A stretch of 64,000 nt of DNA from an uncultured Candidatus Poseidoniales archaeon (GTDB lineage Archaea > Thermoplasmatota > Poseidoniia > Poseidoniales > Poseidoniaceae): contig CAJIYT010000004.1 of the NCBI GenBank assembly GCA_905181715.1, forward strand, positions 75,185 to 139,184. Direction: 5' to 3'. The notes under the pieces are model-generated. The model had not been told where the DNA came from. It was given only the letters and a program-made list of their open reading frames with translations, and ran no database searches. The position numbers and the translations under genes are program-made. Shown here piece after piece: positions 44,381 through 54,954 of this stretch (position 1 is the first letter of the stretch; every line of letters begins with the position of its first letter).

Positions 44381-47300
44381 ATGATGATGATGAAGCGCGC
44401 AATTCTAATGTCTATACTCATGCTTACAGTGGTCTTTGTGCCCACTATATCAGGTGAAGTTACCGAAACTAAATTTACAAATGGGCTAAGTTCCTCCACT
44501 CATATATTTACCGGTACTGGCAATAGTAATGCAGGGGAAATCTCAATTCCTTATGGCGCTGTGGTCACCGATTCTCAGTTCACAATGACTGGTGTTCCAG
44601 CAAGTGAATCCTATGGTAATCTCAGTACTGATAGCGATTTTGGCGGGGTCGGAAGTAATTCTTGGCAGAACACTCCGCCGGGATTCAATTATGGATATCG
44701 ATATAATCTAGAATCAACTCTCGATTCTATCTCACTAAAAGGGCAAACAAGCATTGGGTCATACCCGCTTGAGAAAGCAGGAGATATTTCTTCAACTACC
44801 GGTTTCCACAATACTACTGGAGAATTCGTCGCTAATGGCGACCAAGGATATAGTGGGCTGACCGAAAAGAAATCTTCACTATCTGTAGATACCAGTGCTG
44901 CATGGAATTATCCAGGCCCTGTTACCTTTGATGAAAATGAGGTTCACGTATTGCATTGGAGTACTACTTCTTTCACGACGGCGCCTGCTGTGATGAGATT
45001 CAACAGAAGTACTGGTGATTACGAAGGAGCGGCTAATCTAGCAATAAACACCTGTCATTTTGGCGCTGATTACTATCTCTATGATGTTACCAACGGAGGA
45101 GAAGGGGTAATGTGGACTGTATCTTATAATTACGAAGTCATTGCCAAATGGACACTCAATGCTGCGAAAACAACTTGGAATTGCGATTCTAGTTGGCAAA
45201 TGAGTTATCCATTTCAACCTGCAGGCATCGATATCGATGAAGATACTGGAGAGATGTATCTATACGTTTACGAATCTAATTTTCAGGCTAATTATCCCCG
45301 TCATCTATACCAAGTAAGTACCAGCAATCCATTAAACATACAACAACAATGGAATCTTGGTGATGCTGATGATTACAAATTATCCTCCTCTAATGGATTG
45401 GTTGTCAACCTCCCACTGATTATCACAGGCGAATATAGTAGTTCAAAGAGCAATCATCACTATCACAATTTGATTGGTGGTTTTATCGAACGAATGGGGT
45501 TTCAAGAATTTTCAGGAACGCCTCACTACGGCATGGAACAGAGTGAAGATGGGAAACTAGCATTTACCTGTTATTACAAGTCGACATGTACTGCAAAAGT
45601 GCATGAAATTTTGCAATATGGCGACGGTTCGGTCACCGATGCGAGAATACCGTCATCATCAATGTCAACGGTTACATCTCCAACCAAATTCTTGAGTTTG
45701 GCAATCGATCGGGTGAAACTATCTGCTCTTGTCGGTTTCATCCCAAGCCAAACATCAATCGAATTATCGGTTTCAAATGATGGTGGGGGAACATGGCAAT
45801 CAATACTCCCCGAGCAGACGATTTCATTTCCGACTTCAGGTACACAATTACGTTGGAAAGCATGGTTGAATGGTAGCGCGAGCGTCACACCTATTCTCGA
45901 CCTAGTAAATCTTGAATATACTAGCTCATATTCCTCAAGTGGTTATTTCTATCTTAGGACTCTATCATTCACTCAGCAAAGTATGCCTGCTGCTATGACT
46001 ATTCACTACAATGCAACAATTCCTGCTAGTACTACCTTTACCGTTGAACTAAGGCAAGGAAGTACCTCGACGGTGAATGCAATTCAATTCGCTGATGGAG
46101 ATACTAACGCCATCACTTTAACAAGCGGATATCTATACGTCTATGTGACTTATATTTCAGGTTCTGCTAGAACCCAAACCCCCATGCTACATGATATCAA
46201 TATCACTTTCCATAATGATGCTCCACAAGAGGCCGCGATAGATATCGGCTCTGATGGTTCAAAAGAATGGAAAAGTTCTGGGACTTTTATTGGTACCTCT
46301 ACTTTGAACGAAAATGACTTTGATGATGCATTCAACTCATTGATACCGAATAGCGGTTCTGGCTTCGAAAATATTTCAATCGACATATCGAGTAAATCAT
46401 CTGGAATATTAATCCTTGAAAGTTTTTCAGTAACATATGTCATGAATACGATTAATCTGGACATAAGTTTCCCAGAGGGAGAAATTCTCCATTCAAGAGA
46501 TGCTCCGTATGAGATTATCACACGTCACATCATCGGCGAAAACGCGAATGATATTTCGTCTGCAACTCTTTCTTTCAAAGCTAACCCTGTTGGATTAGCA
46601 CCAACTCTTGAGTGGGACTCAACAGATGGGTTTGCCGAACCCAACGACCCGGATTCATGGATTGATACGAGTGCTGATCACTCCTTTACCCGAGAGATAA
46701 ATGGAATGCTTGAAATCCACTGGATATTCGAAGTTACTAGTAACTTCGCTGAACAAGAAAATGTTCTTTTTACTGTCGATTGCCTTGATGACTCTGGTAA
46801 CGCAGGGATTTCACCAATAGCTCTTACCTCTGCTACAGGAATGCGAGTGAATCAATCATACGGCATGGGATGGATGAAAGTTAGAGATAATTTCGGTGAA
46901 ATGACACGAGAAGATGTGGCTACTGGAGAATGGGTTGCTGCTGGTGAAGACCTACTTTTCCAGGGTGCATTATGGTTCTCAGACTCAGTTGATGCGCCTA
47001 AAGATGATGCATTTGATATCCGAATCTCACAGGATGGTTATGTCTGCACCAATTGTAGAGATAATACCAACTTCAATGGCTCTTTCTCACTCCAGGTGCA
47101 AGTTCCTAACTCAAATAATGAAGAAGGCGTCGTCTATGAAATTCAAACCTATAATGAAAGGGATTCCACTCTGGTATTACCTATAAATGATAATTGGCGA
47201 AGAGTTCTGAAAGTAGATGCTACTCCGCCTCAAATATTATCGGTTTATCCAAATGACGAGTCATATGAGGCAGCGAGTTATCTGCAAACTGTGGCCATTG

Positions 47301-49393
47301 AAGTGGTAGATGCAGTGGGCGACCCCCAGCAATTACAACTCTATTACTGGGTTGAATCAACTCATGACTTGAACTTGAACGGTGAAGCCGATGCCGAAGA
47401 GTACGTGATGAAAACCGTCACAAATACCACTGATGCTGACACCAAGTGGTTTATGACTACAATCGACCATTCCATGAATCCAAATATGGGCCGTGTCTCA
47501 TATTATTGGGATGGTGGTGATAGAGCTGGTAATTCTCTCTACCACACAGCTATCACCGGTGATGGACCCGTGAATTACGAAAATGGCCCTGGTTTTGACT
47601 ACGATGATGCAACCTTTAGAACTCGTAAAGATTCTAGTGCAATCTTTACTGGTCTTATTTGGCAAGGCCACGAGGATAATCAGCCAATTTATGCAGGGAC
47701 ACCACAGTCTATATCACTTGGATTAATCGATGCAAATACGGTTATCGATTTTGAATATATATCATTGATATTTGACTTTGAGGGACCTGATCCAGAAAAG
47801 GATAGACAGACTATTTCTTATTCAGGAACACAGGATATATTTTGGTCAGAAAGTGATTATATCACAATGTCACCAACCTCTACTGTATCTCAAACCACAA
47901 CTGAAACAGGTATGCCACTTATTGGAGTCAATATGGATTTCACAATCGGTTGGGATTGGCCTGATGAAGAGATAAGTGATCTGGTACTTGAATTCAAGGA
48001 AAGAGGGGCTGTAAACCCAACTAGATACATAATTTACGAACATACCTTCACTGTTGAAAATGACCTTGTCCTTTCTGCAAATGATTTCTTAGTTGAAGAT
48101 ATTAGCGAGCCGAGAACAGGCCTCATTGCCGATGGAAGTAGGGTTCGCAATGATGACCGAATCGAATTTACAGGTAGAGTTGTCTATGAGGGTAGTAATA
48201 TTCCTGCTCCTCGTGATCAAAGTATTATCATCGAAGTATTCGATGGTGAAAGAATGTGGACTGATGGAAGTCTTTCTGCTGATGGCGGTTATACCATCGA
48301 AGTTCCACTCTCAGGAGCTGCATCACTTGCCAATAGTCCAACTCGTACCTGCTTGATTTCAATCAAAGAGATCCCCGGAAATGGCCAAGACATGACCGGA
48401 CAGAGTATATCGACAACATTACGAATGATCGTAGACGATACTGCACCTCGAGTTGTCAGTAGAACCTCCCCCGTAAATATCATCGATATTTCATCTACAA
48501 CCGATCTTACAGCTGTTCCAGTTGAATTCAAAGGTAGTGAAGATGCAGATATGACCGGTAGTGAACAACAAGTTCACTGGGTTATGAGAGATGCGAGCAG
48601 AACTATGACAATCGGTGCTGGAAGTTCTGTTTTGGGTATGCTCCAGGATGGACAATCGGTTAATTGGACCGCAACTGTCGACTTGACAAATGGAGGAGAG
48701 ATAACACCTAGGGAAGGCGACTGGATTGGTTTCTACCTTACAGGGTGGGATGCTGCTGGCAACGAATTCCCAATTATTTCCAACTCGGAAGCAAGCCCTA
48801 TTGCTGAAATAGCCAGTGCTGATAACGACTTTGAGCGCCAATGGATTAGACTTGGTGCAGTTGGAGCTGAACTATCCGTAATTAGTATCAAGATGGATGA
48901 TAATCACTTATCTCCGGGGCAAGAAGTTGCTATCCAAGCAGAAATAATGAATACCGGAGGGCCAACTACTACTCAATTCAAGGTAGCTTTTTATCAGGGG
49001 GATTCCAGTGAACCATTCGCTACCTCGACTTTGAATAAGATAGAATCAGGTGAGATACTTGTCGTATCAGCGCTATGGACTTCGGTGGAGGGAATTGACC
49101 GAATTCGAGTTGTAGTTGATTCTGACAATGACATTGTAGAAGTAAACGATGATGATAATTCAGCAGAACATAATGTCGAGATCGCATATTCTGCTTACTT
49201 AGGTTGGCTGGATAGTCCGCGTGAAAATCCTCTGATTTGGTTATTTGTTATTATCACCCTTCTTGCCGTAACCGGAATTGCAGTTACTGCCTCAAAAACC
49301 GCTATTACAATGAATGCTGATGGCCTACTCGATGATGAAGAGTGGGACGAAGAGGAAGAGGAACAGCACGAAGACGAATACGAAGACCTCTGA
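44381..49393 (+). CDS. giant membrane-anchored surface protein with C-proximal CARDB domain
   Basis: ~1670 aa from the MMMMK start at 44381 (the ORF track uses a GTG at 44357). Signal peptide KRAILMSILMLTVVFVPTISG. CARDB-like LSPGQEVAIQAEIMNTGGPTTTQFKVAFYQG...VVVDSDNDIVEVNDDDN. C-terminal TM and an acidic tail DDEEWDEEEEEQHEDEYEDL. Confidence 0.75.
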   Translation: MMMMKRAILMSILMLTVVFVPTISGEVTETKFTNGLSSSTHIFTGTGNSNAGEISIPYGAVVTDSQFTMTGVPASESYGNLSTDSDFGGVGSNSWQNTPPGFNYGYRYNLESTLDSISLKGQTSIGSYPLEKAGDISSTTGFHNTTGEFVANGDQGYSGLTEKKSSLSVDTSAAWNYPGPVTFDENEVHVLHWSTTSFTTAPAVMRFNRSTGDYEGAANLAINTCHFGADYYLYDVTNGGEGVMWTVSYNYEVIAKWTLNAAKTTWNCDSSWQMSYPFQPAGIDIDEDTGEMYLYVYESNFQANYPRHLYQVSTSNPLNIQQQWNLGDADDYKLSSSNGLVVNLPLIITGEYSSSKSNHHYHNLIGGFIERMGFQEFSGTPHYGMEQSEDGKLAFTCYYKSTCTAKVHEILQYGDGSVTDARIPSSSMSTVTSPTKFLSLAIDRVKLSALVGFIPSQTSIELSVSNDGGGTWQSILPEQTISFPTSGTQLRWKAWLNGSASVTPILDLVNLEYTSSYSSSGYFYLRTLSFTQQSMPAAMTIHYNATIPASTTFTVELRQGSTSTVNAIQFADGDTNAITLTSGYLYVYVTYISGSARTQTPMLHDINITFHNDAPQEAAIDIGSDGSKEWKSSGTFIGTSTLNENDFDDAFNSLIPNSGSGFENISIDISSKSSGILILESFSVTYVMNTINLDISFPEGEILHSRDAPYEIITRHIIGENANDISSATLSFKANPVGLAPTLEWDSTDGFAEPNDPDSWIDTSADHSFTREINGMLEIHWIFEVTSNFAEQENVLFTVDCLDDSGNAGISPIALTSATGMRVNQSYGMGWMKVRDNFGEMTREDVATGEWVAAGEDLLFQGALWFSDSVDAPKDDAFDIRISQDGYVCTNCRDNTNFNGSFSLQVQVPNSNNEEGVVYEIQTYNERDSTLVLPINDNWRRVLKVDATPPQILSVYPNDESYEAASYLQTVAIEVVDAVGDPQQLQLYYWVESTHDLNLNGEADAEEYVMKTVTNTTDADTKWFMTTIDHSMNPNMGRVSYYWDGGDRAGNSLYHTAITGDGPVNYENGPGFDYDDATFRTRKDSSAIFTGLIWQGHEDNQPIYAGTPQSISLGLIDANTVIDFEYISLIFDFEGPDPEKDRQTISYSGTQDIFWSESDYITMSPTSTVSQTTTETGMPLIGVNMDFTIGWDWPDEEISDLVLEFKERGAVNPTRYIIYEHTFTVENDLVLSANDFLVEDISEPRTGLIADGSRVRNDDRIEFTGRVVYEGSNIPAPRDQSIIIEVFDGERMWTDGSLSADGGYTIEVPLSGAASLANSPTRTCLISIKEIPGNGQDMTGQSISTTLRMIVDDTAPRVVSRTSPVNIIDISSTTDLTAVPVEFKGSEDADMTGSEQQVHWVMRDASRTMTIGAGSSVLGMLQDGQSVNWTATVDLTNGGEITPREGDWIGFYLTGWDAAGNEFPIISNSEASPIAEIASADNDFERQWIRLGAVGAELSVISIKMDDNHLSPGQEVAIQAEIMNTGGPTTTQFKVAFYQGDSSEPFATSTLNKIESGEILVVSALWTSVEGIDRIRVVVDSDNDIVEVNDDDNSAEHNVEIAYSAYLGWLDSPRENPLIWLFVIITLLAVTGIAVTASKTAITMNADGLLDDEEWDEEEEEQHEDEYEDL

Positions 49394-49438
49394 GAACATT
49401 CGATGCCCTCATCAAGCAGATGATGTGGCATATAGTGT

Positions 49439-52438
49439 ATGGGGGAGGGGATGTTCGGTACGTTGCACCCCTCTCTAGGGGACATACTCAAGCGTCGAGG
49501 TTGGGATGAAACCCCGATTCAAAAAAGTGCTATTCCAATTCTAGCATCTGGTAATGATGGGCTGGTAATCGCACCAACTGGCTCTGGAAAAACCATGGCC
49601 GCAATCCTACCACTACTCGATCGCTGCTTACGAGAAGAATGGCAAGGATTGTCAATACTTTACATCACTCCTCTAAGAGCATTGAACCGGGATGTTGATC
49701 GCAGGCTAACAAAATTAGCCGAAGAAGTCGGTCTGAGTGTTGGAATTAGACACGGCGATACGACCCCTTACCAGAGGCAGAAACAGGTGAAAAAACCACC
49801 AAATATTCTCATTACTACACCTGAAACCTTCCAATTAATGTTCACTGGAATTCGTCTGCGAGAATTACTCCGAACTGTGAAAGTGGTGATAATCGATGAA
49901 GTTCACGATATGGCTTCAGGTGAAAGAGGTTGGCAACTATCTGTTGGAATATCTAGGCTATCTGCGATGAAGGGTTCAAAATGCCAGATGGTCGGACTAT
50001 CTGCGACAGTAGGTAATCCCGAACAAGTAGCACGCTGGTTGAGTCCTAATGCCATACCGATTATTGAAATGAGTGAAAGGGAAACCATACTAAGTGTCGA
50101 GGCTATTTCACCAATAGCAGATGACGACATAGGTGCAATCGACTTAGGGATTTCACCAAGAGCACATTCAACACTCAGAGGTCTTTGCGAAATAATTCGT
50201 AATGAACCCCCTTGCCTGGTTTTCGTCAATAGTCGTAATAGCGCTGAAACTATTTCACAACGGTTGGCAGCGATGGCCACTGATTTACGAATCGGTGTCC
50301 ATCATGGTTCTTTAGCAGTCGAAACTAGAACGCAGATGGAAGATGAATTGCGCAATGGCGAATTACAAGCATTGGTCTGTACCTCAAGTCTTGAGCTGGG
50401 GATAGATGTAGGTAGTGTCAATCGCATAATTCAGGTTAGATCACCCAGGTCTGTCGACCGCATGTTACAACGTGTGGGAAGGGCCGACCATCGCCTCGGC
50501 GGAATTGGTAGAGGACACGTTCTAGGCTGGGAAGTCGATGATATCGCTGAATCTGCGGTTATAGCACGTCGGGCGATGATAGGGGATATCGAAGCGGTAG
50601 AATGGCGTAATCGTCCGCTTTCAATCGCCGCTAATCAAATGGTGATGATGGTTCATTCATGGGGGGCAATTACTCCGGTTCAATTCACTAACATCATGAA
50701 TGAAACCTTGCAATTTGAGGGTTGGCGCCCTGAAGATAGTGATAATATTGCAAAGGTTCTCGCCGATGGTTGGATAATAAAATACAGTTCAAAACCAAGT
50801 GAAATACCATGGTATCGATGGCCTGCAGCAGTCTGGAATCGGTTGGTAGAACTTAGTGATGAAGAACTACCTGAACGTCCAGATCTAAGAGCTGGTGACG
50901 TTTCTGAAAAACTAAAAGCCCTAAAATTCAATCCTCCGCCCCCGTTTGAAAAAGGCTGGATTGCTCGTGGTTCTCGTACTAGAGACTGGGTTACCAATCA
51001 TCTTTCGATGATTCCAGACAAGAAATCATATCGTGTAAGAGATGCTGTTAGTCGAAGAAATCTAGGTTCTGTAGATGAAGCATTCGTCCTGTCGTTAAGT
51101 GACGGTGGTGAAGAAGAAGATGGACGTTCAAGACGCTTCGTAATGGCTGGACGCACATGGATGGTAATCGATGCTGACCCCGAACAAAGTGAATTGCTAG
51201 TAGCACCGGTTTCCGATGTTGGAAATGCTCCGCACTGGCTGGGAGAATTACCTCCCACTCCCGCTGCTATCGCTCGTGAAATCGGACAACTAAGGCGAAC
51301 AATCGCCGGAGACCTCGGTTGGAATGATACTCAGGTAAACCCCACTACCCCTAATCCTCTCAACCAGATGCCTGAATTTACAGATCATCCCCTCGATGGT
51401 GAGAGTCGTGGATTACTGGCAGAAATAATCTCAGCACACCTTGAGGTCACTGGGACCATTCCCTCAGACAAATTAATCACCATCGAAGATAGAGAAAATA
51501 CCCTAATTATCAATTGTTGTCATGGTTCTCGAATCAATGAAGCGCTTGGCCATTTCCTTTTGGCGATGTCAAGCACTAAATCTGGAAAGTGGGGGCGATT
51601 AATCACTGAACCAACCCGTATTTCCTTACAGGTGAAAGGTGTTACTCCAGCCCAGATTATCGACTGGTTGAGCAACACACCCCCTGAGGCATTGGAAGGT
51701 GTACTTTCGGTTACCCTACCAAACTCAAGAGAGGTTAGATGGAGATTTGCCCAGGTTGCTAAAACCTTCGGAATTCTAAGACATGGGGTAGATCCTCGAC
51801 GTATCAATTTACAGGCTCTACTAAAGAAATACCGCGGTACAATAGTAATGGAAGAGGTTCTATCCAAACTCTTTCATGAACGCATGGACACTATCGGTGC
51901 TGCTGAAGTTCTACAAGCGATTCGTAGTGGACACATCGAAATCGAAGTTACAGCACCAGGACCACTAGGACTTTCATCACGCCACGAACGTGACCTGATG
52001 CTCCCTAATTGGGATGATAAGCAAGTAAGAGAGCGTCTCAAGCATCGATTACTAAACGAAAGAGCGGTTACCTGTTGCCTCAAATGCCATTCTACCCGAA
52101 GATTTCGAGTCGCTAGATATGGAGAGATGGACGATGTTGGAAAGTGCCTGCGTTGCGGGGGTCGAATGCTTGCCTGTGCCAGAGAAGGTATGGAGAAAAT
52201 GCTAGTTACATGGGTAACAAGTGATGATATAAAAGATCGAAACCGTATGCAGAAAAATGCTCAAGCGGTAGCCAGTCGCAAGCAAGAAGCGATTATCGCT
52301 CTAATGGGTAGAGGGATTGGTGAAGCGACCTGTCAAAGAATTATGAGGAAAGTTCAACGCGGCAATATGGATGGTTTACTAGAAGCAATACATCTCAGCG
52401 AACTTGAATATGCCAGAACTAGAAGGTTTTGGGCTTGA
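49439..52438 (+). CDS. lhr: Lhr-family DEAD/DEAH-box (superfamily 2) helicase
   Basis: 999 aa. Motif I APTGSGKT, motif II DEVH, motif III SAT, helicase C (VCTSSLELGIDV, QRVGRADH), a long Lhr-type C-terminal region, and a Cys4 ribbon CLKC...CLRC. Confidence 0.85.
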   Translation: MGEGMFGTLHPSLGDILKRRGWDETPIQKSAIPILASGNDGLVIAPTGSGKTMAAILPLLDRCLREEWQGLSILYITPLRALNRDVDRRLTKLAEEVGLSVGIRHGDTTPYQRQKQVKKPPNILITTPETFQLMFTGIRLRELLRTVKVVIIDEVHDMASGERGWQLSVGISRLSAMKGSKCQMVGLSATVGNPEQVARWLSPNAIPIIEMSERETILSVEAISPIADDDIGAIDLGISPRAHSTLRGLCEIIRNEPPCLVFVNSRNSAETISQRLAAMATDLRIGVHHGSLAVETRTQMEDELRNGELQALVCTSSLELGIDVGSVNRIIQVRSPRSVDRMLQRVGRADHRLGGIGRGHVLGWEVDDIAESAVIARRAMIGDIEAVEWRNRPLSIAANQMVMMVHSWGAITPVQFTNIMNETLQFEGWRPEDSDNIAKVLADGWIIKYSSKPSEIPWYRWPAAVWNRLVELSDEELPERPDLRAGDVSEKLKALKFNPPPPFEKGWIARGSRTRDWVTNHLSMIPDKKSYRVRDAVSRRNLGSVDEAFVLSLSDGGEEEDGRSRRFVMAGRTWMVIDADPEQSELLVAPVSDVGNAPHWLGELPPTPAAIAREIGQLRRTIAGDLGWNDTQVNPTTPNPLNQMPEFTDHPLDGESRGLLAEIISAHLEVTGTIPSDKLITIEDRENTLIINCCHGSRINEALGHFLLAMSSTKSGKWGRLITEPTRISLQVKGVTPAQIIDWLSNTPPEALEGVLSVTLPNSREVRWRFAQVAKTFGILRHGVDPRRINLQALLKKYRGTIVMEEVLSKLFHERMDTIGAAEVLQAIRSGHIEIEVTAPGPLGLSSRHERDLMLPNWDDKQVRERLKHRLLNERAVTCCLKCHSTRRFRVARYGEMDDVGKCLRCGGRMLACAREGMEKMLVTWVTSDDIKDRNRMQKNAQAVASRKQEAIIALMGRGIGEATCQRIMRKVQRGNMDGLLEAIHLSELEYARTRRFWA

Positions 52439-52536
52439 TTAAATGCTGTATGAGATTATGATAATCGGTAGTACAATATATTGAAATCATCTCAAAACTA
52501 CGATAAAGTGATAAGTGAAAATCATCAGTCGCTGGT

Positions 52537-53409
52537 ATGGGTTTCTTTGATACTATCGGCCGTGGCTGGAAAATGAGTAAACTGAGTATGGCCGTCGTAC
52601 GTAAAGATGGAGAATTGATGGTCTACATGCTATTGTGTGGGGTTCTGAGTATCGGTGCTATGGCCGCTATGAGTCTTCCTCAGTATCTCGAACAATCTTG
52701 GACTCAAACCTCAGATGGAGCTTTGTCCCCTGCTTATATGGCATTCATATTTGGTGGATACATGAGTATCAGTATCATTGTAACATTCTGGAATAGTGCA
52801 ATAATCGCTAATTCTCACATACGATTAACTGGTGGCGATCCATCTTTTGGTGATGGTTTCTCCGCAGCAGCTAAGCGTATTCACATCATCATAATTTGGG
52901 GAATAATCGCAGGAACAGTTGGTCTATTGCTGAAGATCCTCTCCAATGCTGGAAAAGGTAGCGACAACGGTGGAGCTCAAATATTTGTAATGATAATACA
53001 AATAATTGGAGCGACCATTTGGTGGATGCTTACCTTCTTCATGATCCCACATATGATTATCGAGGGCAAGAGTGTAAGTGAAAGCATGAAGTCAAGCAGA
53101 CAGATGTTCTCGAAAACCTGGGGGGAGAATATCAGTTCAGGCTTAGGAATCGGTATTATTACATTCTTATTCGGCGCAATCATCGCCGTAGTCACCTTCG
53201 GTCTAATGGCAGTTATCGGCCCAATAGGCCTAATATTCGGTGGATTGGCAATGGCTGTGTTAATTATGTGGAGCAGTGCAGCAGAACAAGTAGCTGTAAC
53301 TGCATTATACATCTATTCAAAGACTGGAAAAATGCCACAACTATACCAGGACATGGGGGTTGCTGAATACACATTCCCTACATCTGTCAATGTAGGACGA
53401 ATGTCCTGA
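52537..53409 (+). CDS. polytopic membrane protein (DUF6159-like)
   Basis: 290 aa. The N-terminal FDTIGRGWKMSKLSMAVVRKDGEL followed by ~6 TM helices resembles DUF6159 as I remember it. Confidence 0.4.
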   Translation: MGFFDTIGRGWKMSKLSMAVVRKDGELMVYMLLCGVLSIGAMAAMSLPQYLEQSWTQTSDGALSPAYMAFIFGGYMSISIIVTFWNSAIIANSHIRLTGGDPSFGDGFSAAAKRIHIIIIWGIIAGTVGLLLKILSNAGKGSDNGGAQIFVMIIQIIGATIWWMLTFFMIPHMIIEGKSVSESMKSSRQMFSKTWGENISSGLGIGIITFLFGAIIAVVTFGLMAVIGPIGLIFGGLAMAVLIMWSSAAEQVAVTALYIYSKTGKMPQLYQDMGVAEYTFPTSVNVGRMS

Positions 53410-53462
53410 AATGCTAACATTATAGAACTCTGTTAATCAGATTATACCTATTTTGATACAAT

Positions 53463-54455
53463 TCAAGTTAACTGTGGTATTTCATCAGACCAATTACCCA
53501 TTTTGTTAATGGTTCTTGCCACTGCAACAACATCACCATCTTCCCACCAATCGACGGCTATGAAGGTCGGTCGACTATCATGAAATTCCCAGCAATCCAA
53601 AGCCCGATTAAGCAAAAATTCGTAGTCATTCGTCTCTGCTGCTCTATTTGGATCAGATAAACCAACTGAATTTGAAAGCCAATTATTGAGATGCCAAACC
53701 GGTTGTTGGCCATCGCCTCGAAGGACCTCACAAGTCATGTCATCAGTATCATCCTCTGAATAATCTGTAGTCCAGCTGTGAACAAGGAAATCATGAATCA
53801 TAGGATAATCTACAGCCTCTCCTTGCTCCCAGAAGATTACCAAACGGGTTTCATTTTGTATCAATTCAATTAAAGTCGGCCATCTTTCATCAAGTGTATG
53901 AGTATACATCCAAGAACTGAGATTACTTTGGTTTAGAACATGGAATACGTGTTCAGCAGAAACGTGCGATTCGATTAACAGAGTTACCACGTCTCGAGGG
54001 GATTCATCCATATTTGACCTTAGAGCAGAAAGCCATTCTACTGCATCTACTTCACCATAGATACAGGGGCTGTAACCATCACCAGAACTACCATGACAAA
54101 GTCTGACATCCTCTGCTTCGCTCGATGATGTCGTAGAATAATGAGTATCTATCATGAATGCTCTCATTCCCGCTTGCCATTGTGCATTCAGTCCTGTTGC
54201 ATGATTGCTAGCAGGATAATAGATTCCGTCCTCATGTGTGGCATGAGCATTATGAGTCTCTGGGAAAGTGACGTCATCATAGGTTCTATGGCATAGATCT
54301 ACAAAGCCATTACAGCCTTCAGTTTCAGGAATGAAAGTATCGACTTTGATCTCTTCTGCTATCGGCGAGGTACAACCAGAAAGGGTGAACAGCGCCGCAC
54401 AGAAAATGACAAGAATCCGTTGCATACGCTTTCTCATCTGAATCACCGCAATCAA
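53463..54455 (-). CDS. secreted lipoprotein, possibly a PI-PLC X-domain-like phosphodiesterase
   Basis: 330 aa. Signal peptide ending in the lipobox-like LSGC. The motif PETHNAHATHEDG...GMRAFMIDTHY resembles the catalytic His region of PLC-like phosphodiesterases. Weak call. Confidence 0.4.
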   Translation of the reverse strand: MIAVIQMRKRMQRILVIFCAALFTLSGCTSPIAEEIKVDTFIPETEGCNGFVDLCHRTYDDVTFPETHNAHATHEDGIYYPASNHATGLNAQWQAGMRAFMIDTHYSTTSSSEAEDVRLCHGSSGDGYSPCIYGEVDAVEWLSALRSNMDESPRDVVTLLIESHVSAEHVFHVLNQSNLSSWMYTHTLDERWPTLIELIQNETRLVIFWEQGEAVDYPMIHDFLVHSWTTDYSEDDTDDMTCEVLRGDGQQPVWHLNNWLSNSVGLSDPNRAAETNDYEFLLNRALDCWEFHDSRPTFIAVDWWEDGDVVAVARTINKMGNWSDEIPQLT

Positions 54456-54463
54456 ATAACCGG

Positions 54464-54931
54464 TCAGCGAGGGTCCTTTGGCCCCTCTGTACGTTGCAAT
54501 TCAACGCCGTGGTTCTCTAGATATGATACACCATTCTCACCGGAAAAACCGCCATCGACGATTATTACACGAGTGATTCCTGCATGATGAATGAGTTTTG
54601 CACACATCATGCATGGCTCTCCTGTTACCAATAACCATGCGCCGTTGGTCGAAACACCATTGGCTGCTGCATTGCAGATAAGATTCATCTCAGCGTGGTG
54701 GCAACCAATCTCTACTCTGGTGCCACTGGCAACCTGCTGTGTATCTCTCAAGCAGACATCTCCGCCACAAAGTTCTCCGCCTCCTCGTGGTCCGCCGTTA
54801 TAGCCATCCATGAGTGCTACATTACGCACTGGATCTACTAGTAGTGCTCCGAACTTTCGCCTAGGACAATTACTAGCCTTAGATAATGCAAGGCATTGTT
54901 CGATTCTAATCGCCAAATGTTTTGCCTTCAT
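54464..54931 (-). CDS. dCMP/CMP deaminase family zinc enzyme
   Basis: 155 aa. HAEMNLI and PCMMCAKLI zinc-binding motifs. Confidence 0.85.
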   Translation of the reverse strand: MKAKHLAIRIEQCLALSKASNCPRRKFGALLVDPVRNVALMDGYNGGPRGGGELCGGDVCLRDTQQVASGTRVEIGCHHAEMNLICNAAANGVSTNGAWLLVTGEPCMMCAKLIHHAGITRVIIVDGGFSGENGVSYLENHGVELQRTEGPKDPR

Positions 54932-54954
54932 CGTCTTGGGCAGTAAGTTCTAGG

